Origin: a virus
IMG/VR virus record: IMGVR_UViG_3300028909_000017
Location: 1-64,000 of that record
DNA: 64,000 bases
Direction: 5' to 3' (one strand)
Positions 1 through 8,609 of the stretch are shown one piece after another (the stretch's first letter is position 1; the number at the start of each line of letters is the position of its first letter). The position numbers were made by a program, and so were the translations under genes. The notes under the pieces were generated by a model, which was not told the origin of the DNA, ran no database searches, and saw only the letters and a program-made list of their open reading frames with translations.

Positions 1-146
1 AAATCCGCTATTTTTTTAATTAAATTAACAGAAGATAAGTTTTTTGGAGCAGATGAATCTGACTTGGATTTAATTTGTAATTTATTACCAAAGTCATTGA
101 TTAATCTTTTCTCGTTATATTCAAATAATAGCTCTGATATTTTCAT
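1..146 (-). CDS. Partial late protein (MKISELLFEY...), probable internal head protein; runs off window start
   Basis: Open frame from ATG at 146 to window edge; TAAATA at 152-157 exactly 5 nt upstream; M-K-I-x-E-L-L-x-E N-terminus shared with the 20-32 kb genes. Confidence 0.65.
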   Translation of the reverse strand, partial: MKISELLFEYNEKRLINDFGNKLQIKSKSDSSAPKNLSSVNLIKKIAD

Positions 147-186
147 AATTGTATTTATCTTTAATTGACTTAATTATATTCACTGA

Positions 187-855
187 TTACCAAATGTGTT
201 TAATTATCCAAGGCAACACACCTTTGGGGTGTGATAAATCATATTCTATTTTGGTAGATTGGATGGTAAATTCATTGGTATTGGTTATTAAATCATTTAA
301 ATTTTCTGGAATTTTTTTAATTTCGGTATTATTTTCAATTACATCTAGATCTGATAAATTTTTGTCGGCTCGACTAATTAATGGATTTACATTATCCACT
401 GTTTTTGATGAGGTTTTTAAAAATGTATTTACATTAGAAGTTATTTCTTTTTCTGAATTATCGGTTGTAATTGCAATTTTATTGGTATTTTTAATTAATA
501 AATTTGCATTATCTAAAATATTACCAAATTTTTTATAATAACCAGGAACAGTTTTTTCCAGATTAAATCTGTCATCTAATGATGCTGCATTAATATTATC
601 GATGGTAAGTCGCAAATCTAATAGGTCAGCACGAGTTATAGATAGTAATCCATTTTTGGAAACCAAATCTTCTGATGCAGTTTTTAAATTTATAGATGTT
701 TCATTTAAATTTTTAAGAGTATTATTAAGTGAATTAAAATCTATTCGTAAAAAACTAGTTCCAATGGAAATAGATCCAAAAGCGATAGCTATCCATCCTA
801 ATATTTTTGCATATGGTAAAATTACGGCTGAAATTGTATTTAATTTTTCAATCAT
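187..855 (-). CDS. Membrane-anchored coiled-coil hypothetical protein
   Basis: 222 aa; N-terminal hydrophobic helix (ILGWIAIAFGSISIG) followed by heptad-like N/L/T-rich sequence. Confidence 0.6.
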   Translation of the reverse strand: MIEKLNTISAVILPYAKILGWIAIAFGSISIGTSFLRIDFNSLNNTLKNLNETSINLKTASEDLVSKNGLLSITRADLLDLRLTIDNINAASLDDRFNLEKTVPGYYKKFGNILDNANLLIKNTNKIAITTDNSEKEITSNVNTFLKTSSKTVDNVNPLISRADKNLSDLDVIENNTEIKKIPENLNDLITNTNEFTIQSTKIEYDLSHPKGVLPWIIKHIW

Positions 856-872
856 TAACTTAATCTCATATG

Positions 873-901
873 AAAAAGGCCAATATTAAATTGGCCTTTT
901 T
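873..901. terminator. Rho-independent terminator
   Basis: AAAAAGGCCAAT-attaa-ATTGGCCTTTTT hairpin with A/T tails downstream of 921..1382. Confidence 0.7.
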
Positions 902-920
902 ATTAAACTGCAAATTATTT

Positions 921-1382
921 TTATGCAGTGGTTGTTGTTTTTACTGACGGAAGTAAAGTAAGAATAGCTTCGATTTCACCAATAATTGTGTTGACATATG
1001 CTGTAATTTCTGTAACTTTGGCTGAATTTTTTATAGCGGCGATTGATAATAATGCAGTGAAATTGGCCTTCAATGTTTCCAACGCTTCGGATAAATTAGA
1101 ACTTGAGTCTTCTTCTTTAATAAATTTGGTTACTACTGCCAAATCATTTTTGATTAGTGTAATTGCATTGGTAACTTCTGATCCTAGAGTTGCTCCTCCG
1201 ACCAGAGTAACAATATTTTCTACGATCGGAGCTCCAAATGCAATGTCCGTTTCAGCAATCTGTGCCCATGTTGGTTCTTCTTGAGAAAATTTTTTAAATA
1301 ATATTTTGATCTTTTCAAAATATGTTTTAAAAAATACTTTGGTCTTTTCAAAATATGTTTTTAGTGTAGAAAAAATTGACAT
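921..1382 (-). CDS. Hypothetical late protein
   Basis: 153 aa; AAGGAG RBS and TAAATA upstream; duplicated KTYFEK at N-terminus. Confidence 0.7.
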   Translation of the reverse strand: MSIFSTLKTYFEKTKVFFKTYFEKIKILFKKFSQEEPTWAQIAETDIAFGAPIVENIVTLVGGATLGSEVTNAITLIKNDLAVVTKFIKEEDSSSNLSEALETLKANFTALLSIAAIKNSAKVTEITAYVNTIIGEIEAILTLLPSVKTTTTA

Positions 1383-1450
1383 ATTTATCTCCTTGTTTTA
1401 TTTAGGAAGTTGATTTTACATTAACTGGAAAACATCGTTGTTTCATTTTG

Positions 1451-2014
1451 CTAGTTATTTTTGTGAGGAATATTATCGATGCCTGCTGCGTGCATTAGTG
1501 ATTGAATTAAATTATCTTGTGCTATTATACTTTCAGTTTGTATTCCTGCTAATGTTTGAATTTCAGTAATTGGTTTATTAAAACGTTCACGATATGCCCT
1601 AGGATATAATGGAACGCATGATTTTAAATTTTGTTTATTTAATTTGTGGTAATCTTCGTCATCCATATATTTGAATGACCAATCATTTATATTTAGTAAT
1701 GAACTTGCTGACAAGTCGGAAATTAATTTAAAAATTTGTTCTATTAATCTAAAACGTCGTAATACTTCGACAAAAACCAAATAGCTTCCGGGTTTAATTT
1801 CAGATTCAGAAATATCTGCGTCCAGTAAAAAGTCATATCCACGTTCAAAAAAATCAACTAAATCAATTCCTGCTTGTTTATCATTAATTAAAAAACTGAT
1901 AACTGCAATATTATCATCTTTGCCAATTTTACTGCAGAATTCATCGATATGCAATTTCGGCACTAATACTCGTGACAAATCTCCGACTTCAAATCCTTCT
2001 TTTAAATTATTCAT
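1451..2014 (-). CDS. Hypothetical phage protein
   Basis: 187 aa, overlaps the end of 2007..2558; N-terminal LKEG motif. Confidence 0.7.
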   Translation of the reverse strand: MNNLKEGFEVGDLSRVLVPKLHIDEFCSKIGKDDNIAVISFLINDKQAGIDLVDFFERGYDFLLDADISESEIKPGSYLVFVEVLRRFRLIEQIFKLISDLSASSLLNINDWSFKYMDDEDYHKLNKQNLKSCVPLYPRAYRERFNKPITEIQTLAGIQTESIIAQDNLIQSLMHAAGIDNIPHKNN

Positions 2015-2558
2015 TTGGAATTCCTGTTGTCACATTATTATCTTGGGTTGCAACAGCTTTTTGAACACCCGCATGTGTATTAAGATCGTCCGTATATGCA
2101 TCTGAAATATCATCCATATCTATTTCATCATCCATAATTTCTAAACTTCCTTTAGTAATATCTTTTATTAAGTATTTGGGCATATCAATTGTAACTAACC
2201 ATACGGGTGATTTAATTAATTTGGGTTTTTTGATAGCTGGGCGAAAATCCGATTCTGATCGAACTTTAATTGGATATACCATAAATGCTTTTTTATATTC
2301 AATTATAGCTCCATAAGGAATTAATCTTTCCCCACCTGCAGGATCTGGCATTTTTGTTAACGGTGAAGTAAATGTACATTTTACTCTATAAGCAGATATT
2401 TTTGGTCCATCAACAAGTTCTAAGGTTTTCCAATTGGCGAATGCATATAAACCATTTTCATCAATAACTCTTTCAAATTCTTGAAGAATTTCCATAGAGC
2501 TAGGACTTAAACTTACCTGTTTAATGTTGTCAAGTACCGATCTTATATCAAATGCCAT
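2007..2558 (-). CDS. Hypothetical phage protein
   Basis: 183 aa; AGGTG RBS and TAAATA upstream. Confidence 0.7.
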   Translation of the reverse strand: MAFDIRSVLDNIKQVSLSPSSMEILQEFERVIDENGLYAFANWKTLELVDGPKISAYRVKCTFTSPLTKMPDPAGGERLIPYGAIIEYKKAFMVYPIKVRSESDFRPAIKKPKLIKSPVWLVTIDMPKYLIKDITKGSLEIMDDEIDMDDISDAYTDDLNTHAGVQKAVATQDNNVTTGIPNE

Positions 2559-2688
2559 CTTTTCACCTAATTGTATTTAGTTTTAATTTATCGCCCAGTA
2601 TTATTTATCGAAAATATTGATATTTTAAAGTCAAAATTTATTTTTGTAAATAATAGTGCAGTGAACAAAATTGGGGGACCATTATTCT

Positions 2689-3447
2689 ATGTCTAGAGCC
2701 AGAAAAAACGCCCGTAATAATGTTAAAAGTTTCGAAACTCAACCGAATTATAACCCAAATAAAATAAATTATACTACAAAAACGGGAATACGAAAAGAAG
2801 TACGAATTATTCCTAGAAATATTCATCAAGAAGAATATTTAGAATATTTATTAGACCCAGAAAAAATGATAATTTTGGCACATGGGCCAGCCGGATCGGG
2901 TAAAACGACCTTGGCAATGTTAGCAGCTATCAAAGCATTGTCCGAAAAAATTGTTAAAAAAATAATTTTATGTCGACCTGCTATAGCTATTGATAATGAG
3001 TCACATGGATTTTTGCCTGGGACAATTGAAGAAAAGATGGCCCCGTGGTTAATTCCACTATTTGATATTTTATTTGAATATTATTCAAAAAAAGAAATAG
3101 ATTTTATGGTGGAAAATAAAATTGTTGAAGTTACCCCATTAGCTTTTATGCGAGGTAGAAATTTAAAAAATTGTTTTGTGATCTTAGATGAATCACAAAA
3201 TGCAAGTTTATCACAAGTAAAGACAGTCATGACCCGTTTATGTGATGGATCAAAATTAATAATTACCGGTGATAATGATCAATCGGATAGAAAAACGGGG
3301 GAAAATGGATTGTTATTTTTTAAGAATGCATTAGAAAAATATGGTGAAAATAAATATATTTCTTCAATAGAATTTGATCATTCAGATATAGAAAGACACC
3401 CAGTTGTGGGTGTTGTTTTAGATATATTTGATATGGCCACAAATTAA
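2689..3447 (+). CDS. phoH: PhoH-like ATPase
   Basis: GPAGSGKT Walker A, GFLPG, AFMRGR, ILDESQN, TGDNDQSD, RHPVV motifs; ATG at 2689 preferred over TTG at 2671. Confidence 0.95.
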   Translation: MSRARKNARNNVKSFETQPNYNPNKINYTTKTGIRKEVRIIPRNIHQEEYLEYLLDPEKMIILAHGPAGSGKTTLAMLAAIKALSEKIVKKIILCRPAIAIDNESHGFLPGTIEEKMAPWLIPLFDILFEYYSKKEIDFMVENKIVEVTPLAFMRGRNLKNCFVILDESQNASLSQVKTVMTRLCDGSKLIITGDNDQSDRKTGENGLLFFKNALEKYGENKYISSIEFDHSDIERHPVVGVVLDIFDMATN

Positions 3448-3450
3448 AAT

Positions 3451-3480
3451 AACAAAAGGCCCTATATAGGGCCTTTTGTT
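3451..3480. terminator. Bidirectional terminator
   Basis: Perfect palindrome AACAAAAGGCCCTATATAGGGCCTTTTGTT between convergent genes. Confidence 0.8.
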
Positions 3481-3938
3481 TCAGAGATTAATGTTTCTAT
3501 TTGTTCAAGTTTTTGATTAAAAAATACTATACCCCACTGAAATACTTTTTTTCGATCATTTAATACCATTATACCCATTACTTTATCTTCTAACGATTCA
3601 TCTATATATCCGTCAGTTAAAGATTCTTTATATTGTTCGCTGATAAAATCATTTTTATCGGTTGTGCTGTATGTTAATAATGCGTTAGGATGACTGTGAA
3701 TAGTTCCAAAATATTTTAATTTTGTTCCAGCCAATAATTCTTCAGATGCCCGATTATATATTAAATTTTCTGTTGTAGTTTTTATAACATTAATTTCATC
3801 TAATGCATGTATATATAAAGTTTCTAATATTTGCTTACCCATTAAAGCAGCTATACATTCACGCGGAAATGCGTTACGTGCTTTTTGTTTAAATTCATTA
3901 ACAATATCGTTATGAATTACAATTTGCTTTATAAGCAT
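3462..3938 (-). CDS. JAB/MPN (JAMM) metalloprotease-domain protein
   Basis: FPREC.A.L.G ... GTIHSHP...S..D matches the E-x(n)-HxH-x7-S-x2-D JAMM motif. Confidence 0.8.
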   Translation of the reverse strand: MLIKQIVIHNDIVNEFKQKARNAFPRECIAALMGKQILETLYIHALDEINVIKTTTENLIYNRASEELLAGTKLKYFGTIHSHPNALLTYSTTDKNDFISEQYKESLTDGYIDESLEDKVMGIMVLNDRKKVFQWGIVFFNQKLEQIETLISETKGPI

Positions 3939-3946
3939 ATTCGGAC

Positions 3947-4246
3947 CTAAATAGATATTGCTTGGTCAATTTGTGTTGGAAATTGTGAGTGATAATAATC
4001 GTAAATTTCGTGATATGTTGGATTATTAATTGATTTTCCATCAATAAAAAATCTACGACATTTTACTATTCGTTTTTCAGATAAATCTAAAATAATATTT
4101 GATTTCTTAAGATCGGAAAGTCGAATATTTTTAACGAGCGAAATACTTTCATCTGCTCCAAAATTTGATGGATCCTTGAAAAAATTTGGTTGGCTGGTTG
4201 ATTTTGGATTAACCGGATTAATTACGGTTGTTGAAGTTAGAAACAT
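3947..4246 (-). CDS. Hypothetical protein
   Basis: 99 aa, AAAGGAG RBS. Confidence 0.65.
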   Translation of the reverse strand: MFLTSTTVINPVNPKSTSQPNFFKDPSNFGADESISLVKNIRLSDLKKSNIILDLSEKRIVKCRRFFIDGKSINNPTYHEIYDYYHSQFPTQIDQAISI

Positions 4247-4257
4247 TTTTCTCCTTT

Positions 4258-5187
4258 CTACAATTGGGTTAATTCTATAAGTGTGGCTGATGCCAAAATT
4301 TCAGCATCTGCACAAACGGGTATTTGACAAAGATTTTTCTTAATAATCAGAATTGCCTGATCTGTTTGTTCTGTGGTTTCCCCCCATAAAGATAAATTAT
4401 CATAGCAAAATCTAAAAAAATCTTCTAATTCCTCGGGTCTAATCTGACTGCAAATCAATTGTCGCGCTTCTCTAATTTTTCCCGATTTAAATAATGAAAT
4501 AGCATCAATTTTATAATCACTAGTCGATGAATTTTCATCTGTTGGATTAATTAATTTTCCATTAATTGAATTCTGCTGGCAATTATTAATACATTTACGT
4601 AAATCTGGCCATGTTCCTTTTACATAGTCATCTAAAATATCAGGATCAAATTCAATATTTTCTGCTATTAAAATTTCGGCCATTTTAACAGTAAATTCAG
4701 TAATGTCGAGTTTATTAATAGTTAGAGATTGGGTGCGTGAATGAATGGCTGGAATAATACGGTGTGGATAATTTCCGGTAATTAAAAAACGACTTGTCAT
4801 GGAAAATTCTTCCATAATACCCCGGAGTGCCGGTTGGGCCGATAACTGATTAAGTCCGTCGCCCTCATCTAAAACTACAATTTTCATTTTTCCAAATGGC
4901 ATTGTACTAACAAATGATGTGATTCGATCTCGCATGATATCGATATTTCTTTCACGACTTGCATTAATCCATAAAACATCATATGGATCGATATGCAATT
5001 CATTAATTAGTACATATGCAATTGTACTTTTGCCGGTCCCTGGTGGTCCAGTTATTAATAGATTCGGTACATCTTGATCTTTAACCCATTTTTCAATTTG
5101 TAATTTTTGAGTAGCATCACTAAAAATATAATCGGATAATTTAGTTGGACGATAGCGTTCCGTCCAAAGGCTGTTTTGAATTGTCAT
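4258..5187 (-). CDS. Clamp loader AAA+ subunit (RFC small subunit / T4 gp44-like)
   Basis: LWTERYRP RFC box, GPPGTGKST, INAS, VVLDEGD, SRT; start moved to ATG 5187. Confidence 0.93.
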   Translation of the reverse strand: MTIQNSLWTERYRPTKLSDYIFSDATQKLQIEKWVKDQDVPNLLITGPPGTGKSTIAYVLINELHIDPYDVLWINASRERNIDIMRDRITSFVSTMPFGKMKIVVLDEGDGLNQLSAQPALRGIMEEFSMTSRFLITGNYPHRIIPAIHSRTQSLTINKLDITEFTVKMAEILIAENIEFDPDILDDYVKGTWPDLRKCINNCQQNSINGKLINPTDENSSTSDYKIDAISLFKSGKIREARQLICSQIRPEELEDFFRFCYDNLSLWGETTEQTDQAILIIKKNLCQIPVCADAEILASATLIELTQL

Positions 5188-5193
5188 ATTAAA

Positions 5194-5222
5194 ATTATAG
5201 CAGTTACTTGCCCATAATGCAA
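5194..5222 (-). promoter_or_regulatory. Sigma70-type promoter for clamp loader (leaderless start)
   Basis: TTGCAT-17-TATAAT with TG extension; ATG lies 6 nt after the -10 box. Confidence 0.65.
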
Positions 5223-5578
5223 TTATTTTTTGGGTCAATTTCAATAGATGAAGTTAAAAGAATATCTGTTGGATCAACCCGACGTAATACAAATTCTTCA
5301 TTACCTGAATTTATAGTGAACCCCCGGGACCATCTGCCGTGCGCGATTAAAATCCATTGTCCCGGCGTTACATCTTTATTTTCTGGGCCAACAGCATATA
5401 TTTTCGCCCATCTGGGATGAATACCACGATCCTTTTTATCGTCATCCATTACGACAATTCCCATAGGTGTTATTTGCTCACCAAAATATAAATTTTTTAC
5501 TAATACGTCTTTATGAAGTGGAATTATTTCGGTTGCATTTATTACAGGGGTAATTTCATTTTGCTTCATTTTTGGCAT
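5204..5578 (-). CDS. groES: Co-chaperonin GroES-like protein
   Basis: IIPLHKDVLV...T.MGIVV...AKIYAVGP...VTPGQWIL...DIL pattern of Cpn10. Confidence 0.85.
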   Translation of the reverse strand: MPKMKQNEITPVINATEIIPLHKDVLVKNLYFGEQITPMGIVVMDDDKKDRGIHPRWAKIYAVGPENKDVTPGQWILIAHGRWSRGFTINSGNEEFVLRRVDPTDILLTSSIEIDPKNNCIMGK

Positions 5579-5580
5579 AA

Positions 5581-5838
5581 TTATTTCCTATTTTTCTTTG
5601 GTCGATTGTCTTCAGATTTTGAAGTATCACTGATTGCAGGATCGGCGGATGTTACCGGCGCAGATGACGGTTTGACCGCATTTAATTTTGCCACGGTATT
5701 ACGAATAGACGTTATTTTTACTGGTTTTGCAGTTGGGGTTTTATTAATTGAAACTGGGTTCTTATCTGTATTTGCAGCCCGTAATGCATTCATATTTAGT
5801 TTTCTTCCTCGTGCGGTTACAACATAATTTTTAGCCAT
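5581..5838 (-). CDS. Basic hypothetical protein
   Basis: 85 aa, coupled to neighbours. Confidence 0.6.
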   Translation of the reverse strand: MAKNYVVTARGRKLNMNALRAANTDKNPVSINKTPTAKPVKITSIRNTVAKLNAVKPSSAPVTSADPAISDTSKSEDNRPKKNRK

Positions 5839-6392
5839 TATTTCTCCCTTAAGAAATCTCGTACATTAAGATTATATTTTAAACTATCTACCTTATGAAT
5901 TCCCAATAAAAATAAACAATATGAAGCGCACGAGCTACCGCGACCAACTCCCCATACTATATTATTTTTGCTTGCTGTTTCCCGAAGGTATTTAAGATAT
6001 TTTAGTAAATCTAATAATTCAAATTTAATATATAACGATACTTCGTCCATAACCCTGTCTATTTGCAATTGGGTATTACATTGTTGATATAACCATTTTT
6101 CAATATCTAAATTTTTATATTCATCAGGCATTAGCCATATTTTTTGAAGCTCTTTATGATATTTATCCGACGACAAATCATATGATCTTTGTTCCCATAA
6201 TTTGATTTCAGGAACATCCAAAAAAGTTTCCGATTGCGCATGTTGATATTTTTCCCCATCTATAATAAAAAGATTTTTGAAATCTAAAGATGGATTTATT
6301 CGTAATGATTCTACTATTTCATTTTCGGTATATCCGACGGAACCATATTCATCATTTATCATTGGTTGGAAGTTCCTTATTGTTTCCACCAT
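5838..6392 (-). CDS. dnaE: Stand-alone fragment of DNA polymerase III alpha (split DnaE)
   Basis: VWGVGRGSSCASYCLFLLGIHKVDSLKYNL..RDFL matches the DnaE G.GRGS.AGS...Y.LGIT.VDP..Y.L.FERFL motif; only 184 aa (start may be 6362). Confidence 0.85.
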   Translation of the reverse strand: MVETIRNFQPMINDEYGSVGYTENEIVESLRINPSLDFKNLFIIDGEKYQHAQSETFLDVPEIKLWEQRSYDLSSDKYHKELQKIWLMPDEYKNLDIEKWLYQQCNTQLQIDRVMDEVSLYIKFELLDLLKYLKYLRETASKNNIVWGVGRGSSCASYCLFLLGIHKVDSLKYNLNVRDFLREK

Positions 6393-7002
6393 CTAATACA
6401 ACAATTTCGGGTTGTTCGACTTCAGGATCAAATTCGACATCTAATTTTTCTTCGTCATCGGAAATTTCAGGGCGATTCCAGTCAAGGTCAATTTCTTTCC
6501 AGGAAATTGCTTGTGTTATTTGGTCAAAATCGGTTGTTGATATATCTGATCTATTCCACCACGGAATAATATCTCTGCAATTTTCGCAATCGCATTGTTC
6601 AAATTCTGAAAAATCATCCACGGTATATCCAACTTTGGATAAATCACTTTTAATAACAATATTATCAATTATTAAATGTTCTTCAATAATAGCTGATAAT
6701 TTATGATATAAAATTATTCCAATGATATGATCAATCGGATCTTCTGGGAAAATAGCTAAATGATTAGGATTCCATATATTTACAATGTCTTCTAATTTTG
6801 GGTGTTCCAACGAAATTAGAAGACTATTTTCAAATATTTCTTTGATAAAAAATATAATTCTTTCCAGTGCAATATTTTGATAAGAACTATTTTCATCTAC
6901 TGTTATGAGGTTAATTACAACATGATATTTATTTGGTAAAATTCTATCGTCTTCACAAGTAATAATAGAAAAATCTACGTTGTAATTAAGTTTGGTATCC
7001 AT
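6352..7002 (-). CDS. Acidic hypothetical protein
   Basis: 216 aa ORF in the replication operon. Confidence 0.65.
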   Translation of the reverse strand: MDTKLNYNVDFSIITCEDDRILPNKYHVVINLITVDENSSYQNIALERIIFFIKEIFENSLLISLEHPKLEDIVNIWNPNHLAIFPEDPIDHIIGIILYHKLSAIIEEHLIIDNIVIKSDLSKVGYTVDDFSEFEQCDCENCRDIIPWWNRSDISTTDFDQITQAISWKEIDLDWNRPEISDDEEKLDVEFDPEVEQPEIVVLDGGNNKELPTNDK

Positions 7003-7008
7003 TATATA

Positions 7009-7233
7009 TTATCCTATATTAATAATTTCGGTTAAATTAATACCTGATACATTAGAATATTCTTGAAATTGTCTTTCGGATCTCATATCTTGCTCTTCTA
7101 AATATGCAGGTAAAATATTACGCGCTTGCAAAGATAAATTGTAATTAGACGAAAAAACAATTTTTTGTAATTTATTTATTTTTTCGTCTAATTCTTCATC
7201 CGTTAATTTTGACATTGAAACATCGATGTGCAA
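7009..7233 (-). CDS. Hypothetical protein
   Basis: 74 aa, TTG start abutting dut stop. Confidence 0.55.
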   Translation of the reverse strand: MHIDVSMSKLTDEELDEKINKLQKIVFSSNYNLSLQARNILPAYLEEQDMRSERQFQEYSNVSGINLTEIINIG

Positions 7234-7779
7234 TTATTCCCCAGAACTTCCAAATCCTAACTCTGATCGTGTTGATTTTGGTAGTTCATTAACTTCAATA
7301 ATATTTACATCTGTTTTTACGGGCATAGGAATCATTTGAACAATTTTATCACCTGCGTGAATCGTATATGTTTTAGTTGAATTATTTGTTAGTAATACTT
7401 TTAATTCTCCAGTATAGCCGGCGTCAATTACTCCGCCCGAAACATTTATTCCCTTGGCGGCCATACTAGATCGATCTCGTAAAAGTAACCCGTAAGGCTG
7501 TGGCGAAAATTCTAGGCCATATTGTGAATCCCATACAAAATTTGCGGTATACCCATTAACACCGAGTATTTTTTCAATTAAATTTTTTGGCCTGTGGTGA
7601 TAATCAGGATCGGTATTTTCTATATATCTAGCGCTAATACCGGTATGAACCATATCCAATTGATGTGGTTTTAATGTAATTTCAGATAAGGCATATAAAT
7701 CAAATCCAAGATCTTCACCTGGAGTTGTTACTGTTGGTAATTTTGCATTTGATGATAATTTTTTAACAAGTAATGACAT
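7234..7779 (-). CDS. dut: Trimeric dUTPase with internal insertion
   Basis: Motifs GFDL, RDRSS, GVIDAGYTGE, GDKIVQ, RSELGFGSSG. Confidence 0.95.
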   Translation of the reverse strand: MSLLVKKLSSNAKLPTVTTPGEDLGFDLYALSEITLKPHQLDMVHTGISARYIENTDPDYHHRPKNLIEKILGVNGYTANFVWDSQYGLEFSPQPYGLLLRDRSSMAAKGINVSGGVIDAGYTGELKVLLTNNSTKTYTIHAGDKIVQMIPMPVKTDVNIIEVNELPKSTRSELGFGSSGE

Positions 7780-7834
7780 AAATCTCCTTCTATCATTAAA
7801 TTATAGCAGTAATGATAGAAGGAGTCAATATGAG

Positions 7835-8587
7835 TTAGAAAGAAGATAATGCGGATCTTTTCCAAATAGACGTTGTCCCATCATAATTGGAAGAGCAAAT
7901 ATATATGTAATTAGCATCATAAGTAACCATGCCTGAAGTATCACCTAAAACACCTATGCTTGATGTAGGAGTAGATGATTTGGCGACAGCCGAACTATTT
8001 TTTCGAGTTAATGTCCAATTTATTCCATCGGGTGTTCCTAGGGTAAGAAAATGTGGCCCCGCAGATTCAAAATTTATAATATTAGATGAAGAATTGAAAC
8101 CCGGAATTGTGTTTTTTGGGGTTAATGTTAATCCATTAAAACTTAAATTATGTGCGGTATTGGTGATTGTTATTTGTAAATTAAGTTCTGAATATCCTAA
8201 ATTAGGAAAATTAATAGGATTTACAATTGTTGTTAATGTAGATGACCCACCGAGAGAAATAGTATGATATGTTCCTAAATTAAAATCAAAATTTTCTGTG
8301 GTACCTGTGGTCAATACACCATGATTATATATTGTCAACCCGGAATTATTTATGCTAACATTTGCTATACCCATTCCACCAAAATTATTAACAGAAACAT
8401 TAGAATTTCCGTATGTTAATGGTGCTGTAACAACGACTTTATTTAATAGATCATTAATTTCAATAACTGTCTCTGCAAAATTTTGTTGTGTAGCTAAAAA
8501 ATTGGATCGAAAGCCCTGAGAGGATTGATTTACCCCGGCAATCGGATAAGTTGAATCAATTAAACTTGGATTAATTTGCGAACTCAT
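7835..8587 (-). CDS. Virion structural (tail/baseplate) protein
   Basis: IDSTYPIAGVNQSSQGFRSNF N-terminus and C-terminal YDANYIYIC...WKR motif typical of myophage tail proteins. Confidence 0.7.
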   Translation of the reverse strand: MSSQINPSLIDSTYPIAGVNQSSQGFRSNFLATQQNFAETVIEINDLLNKVVVTAPLTYGNSNVSVNNFGGMGIANVSINNSGLTIYNHGVLTTGTTENFDFNLGTYHTISLGGSSTLTTIVNPINFPNLGYSELNLQITITNTAHNLSFNGLTLTPKNTIPGFNSSSNIINFESAGPHFLTLGTPDGINWTLTRKNSSAVAKSSTPTSSIGVLGDTSGMVTYDANYIYICSSNYDGTTSIWKRSALSSF

Positions 8588-8609
8588 TTATTATCTCCTG
8601 CAAACTTAT

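Noticed and set aside
5838-6392. Intein- or intron-split dnaE
   Set aside because: No intein terminal motifs or intron-like sequence at either end; flanking ORFs are tightly coupled and unrelated.
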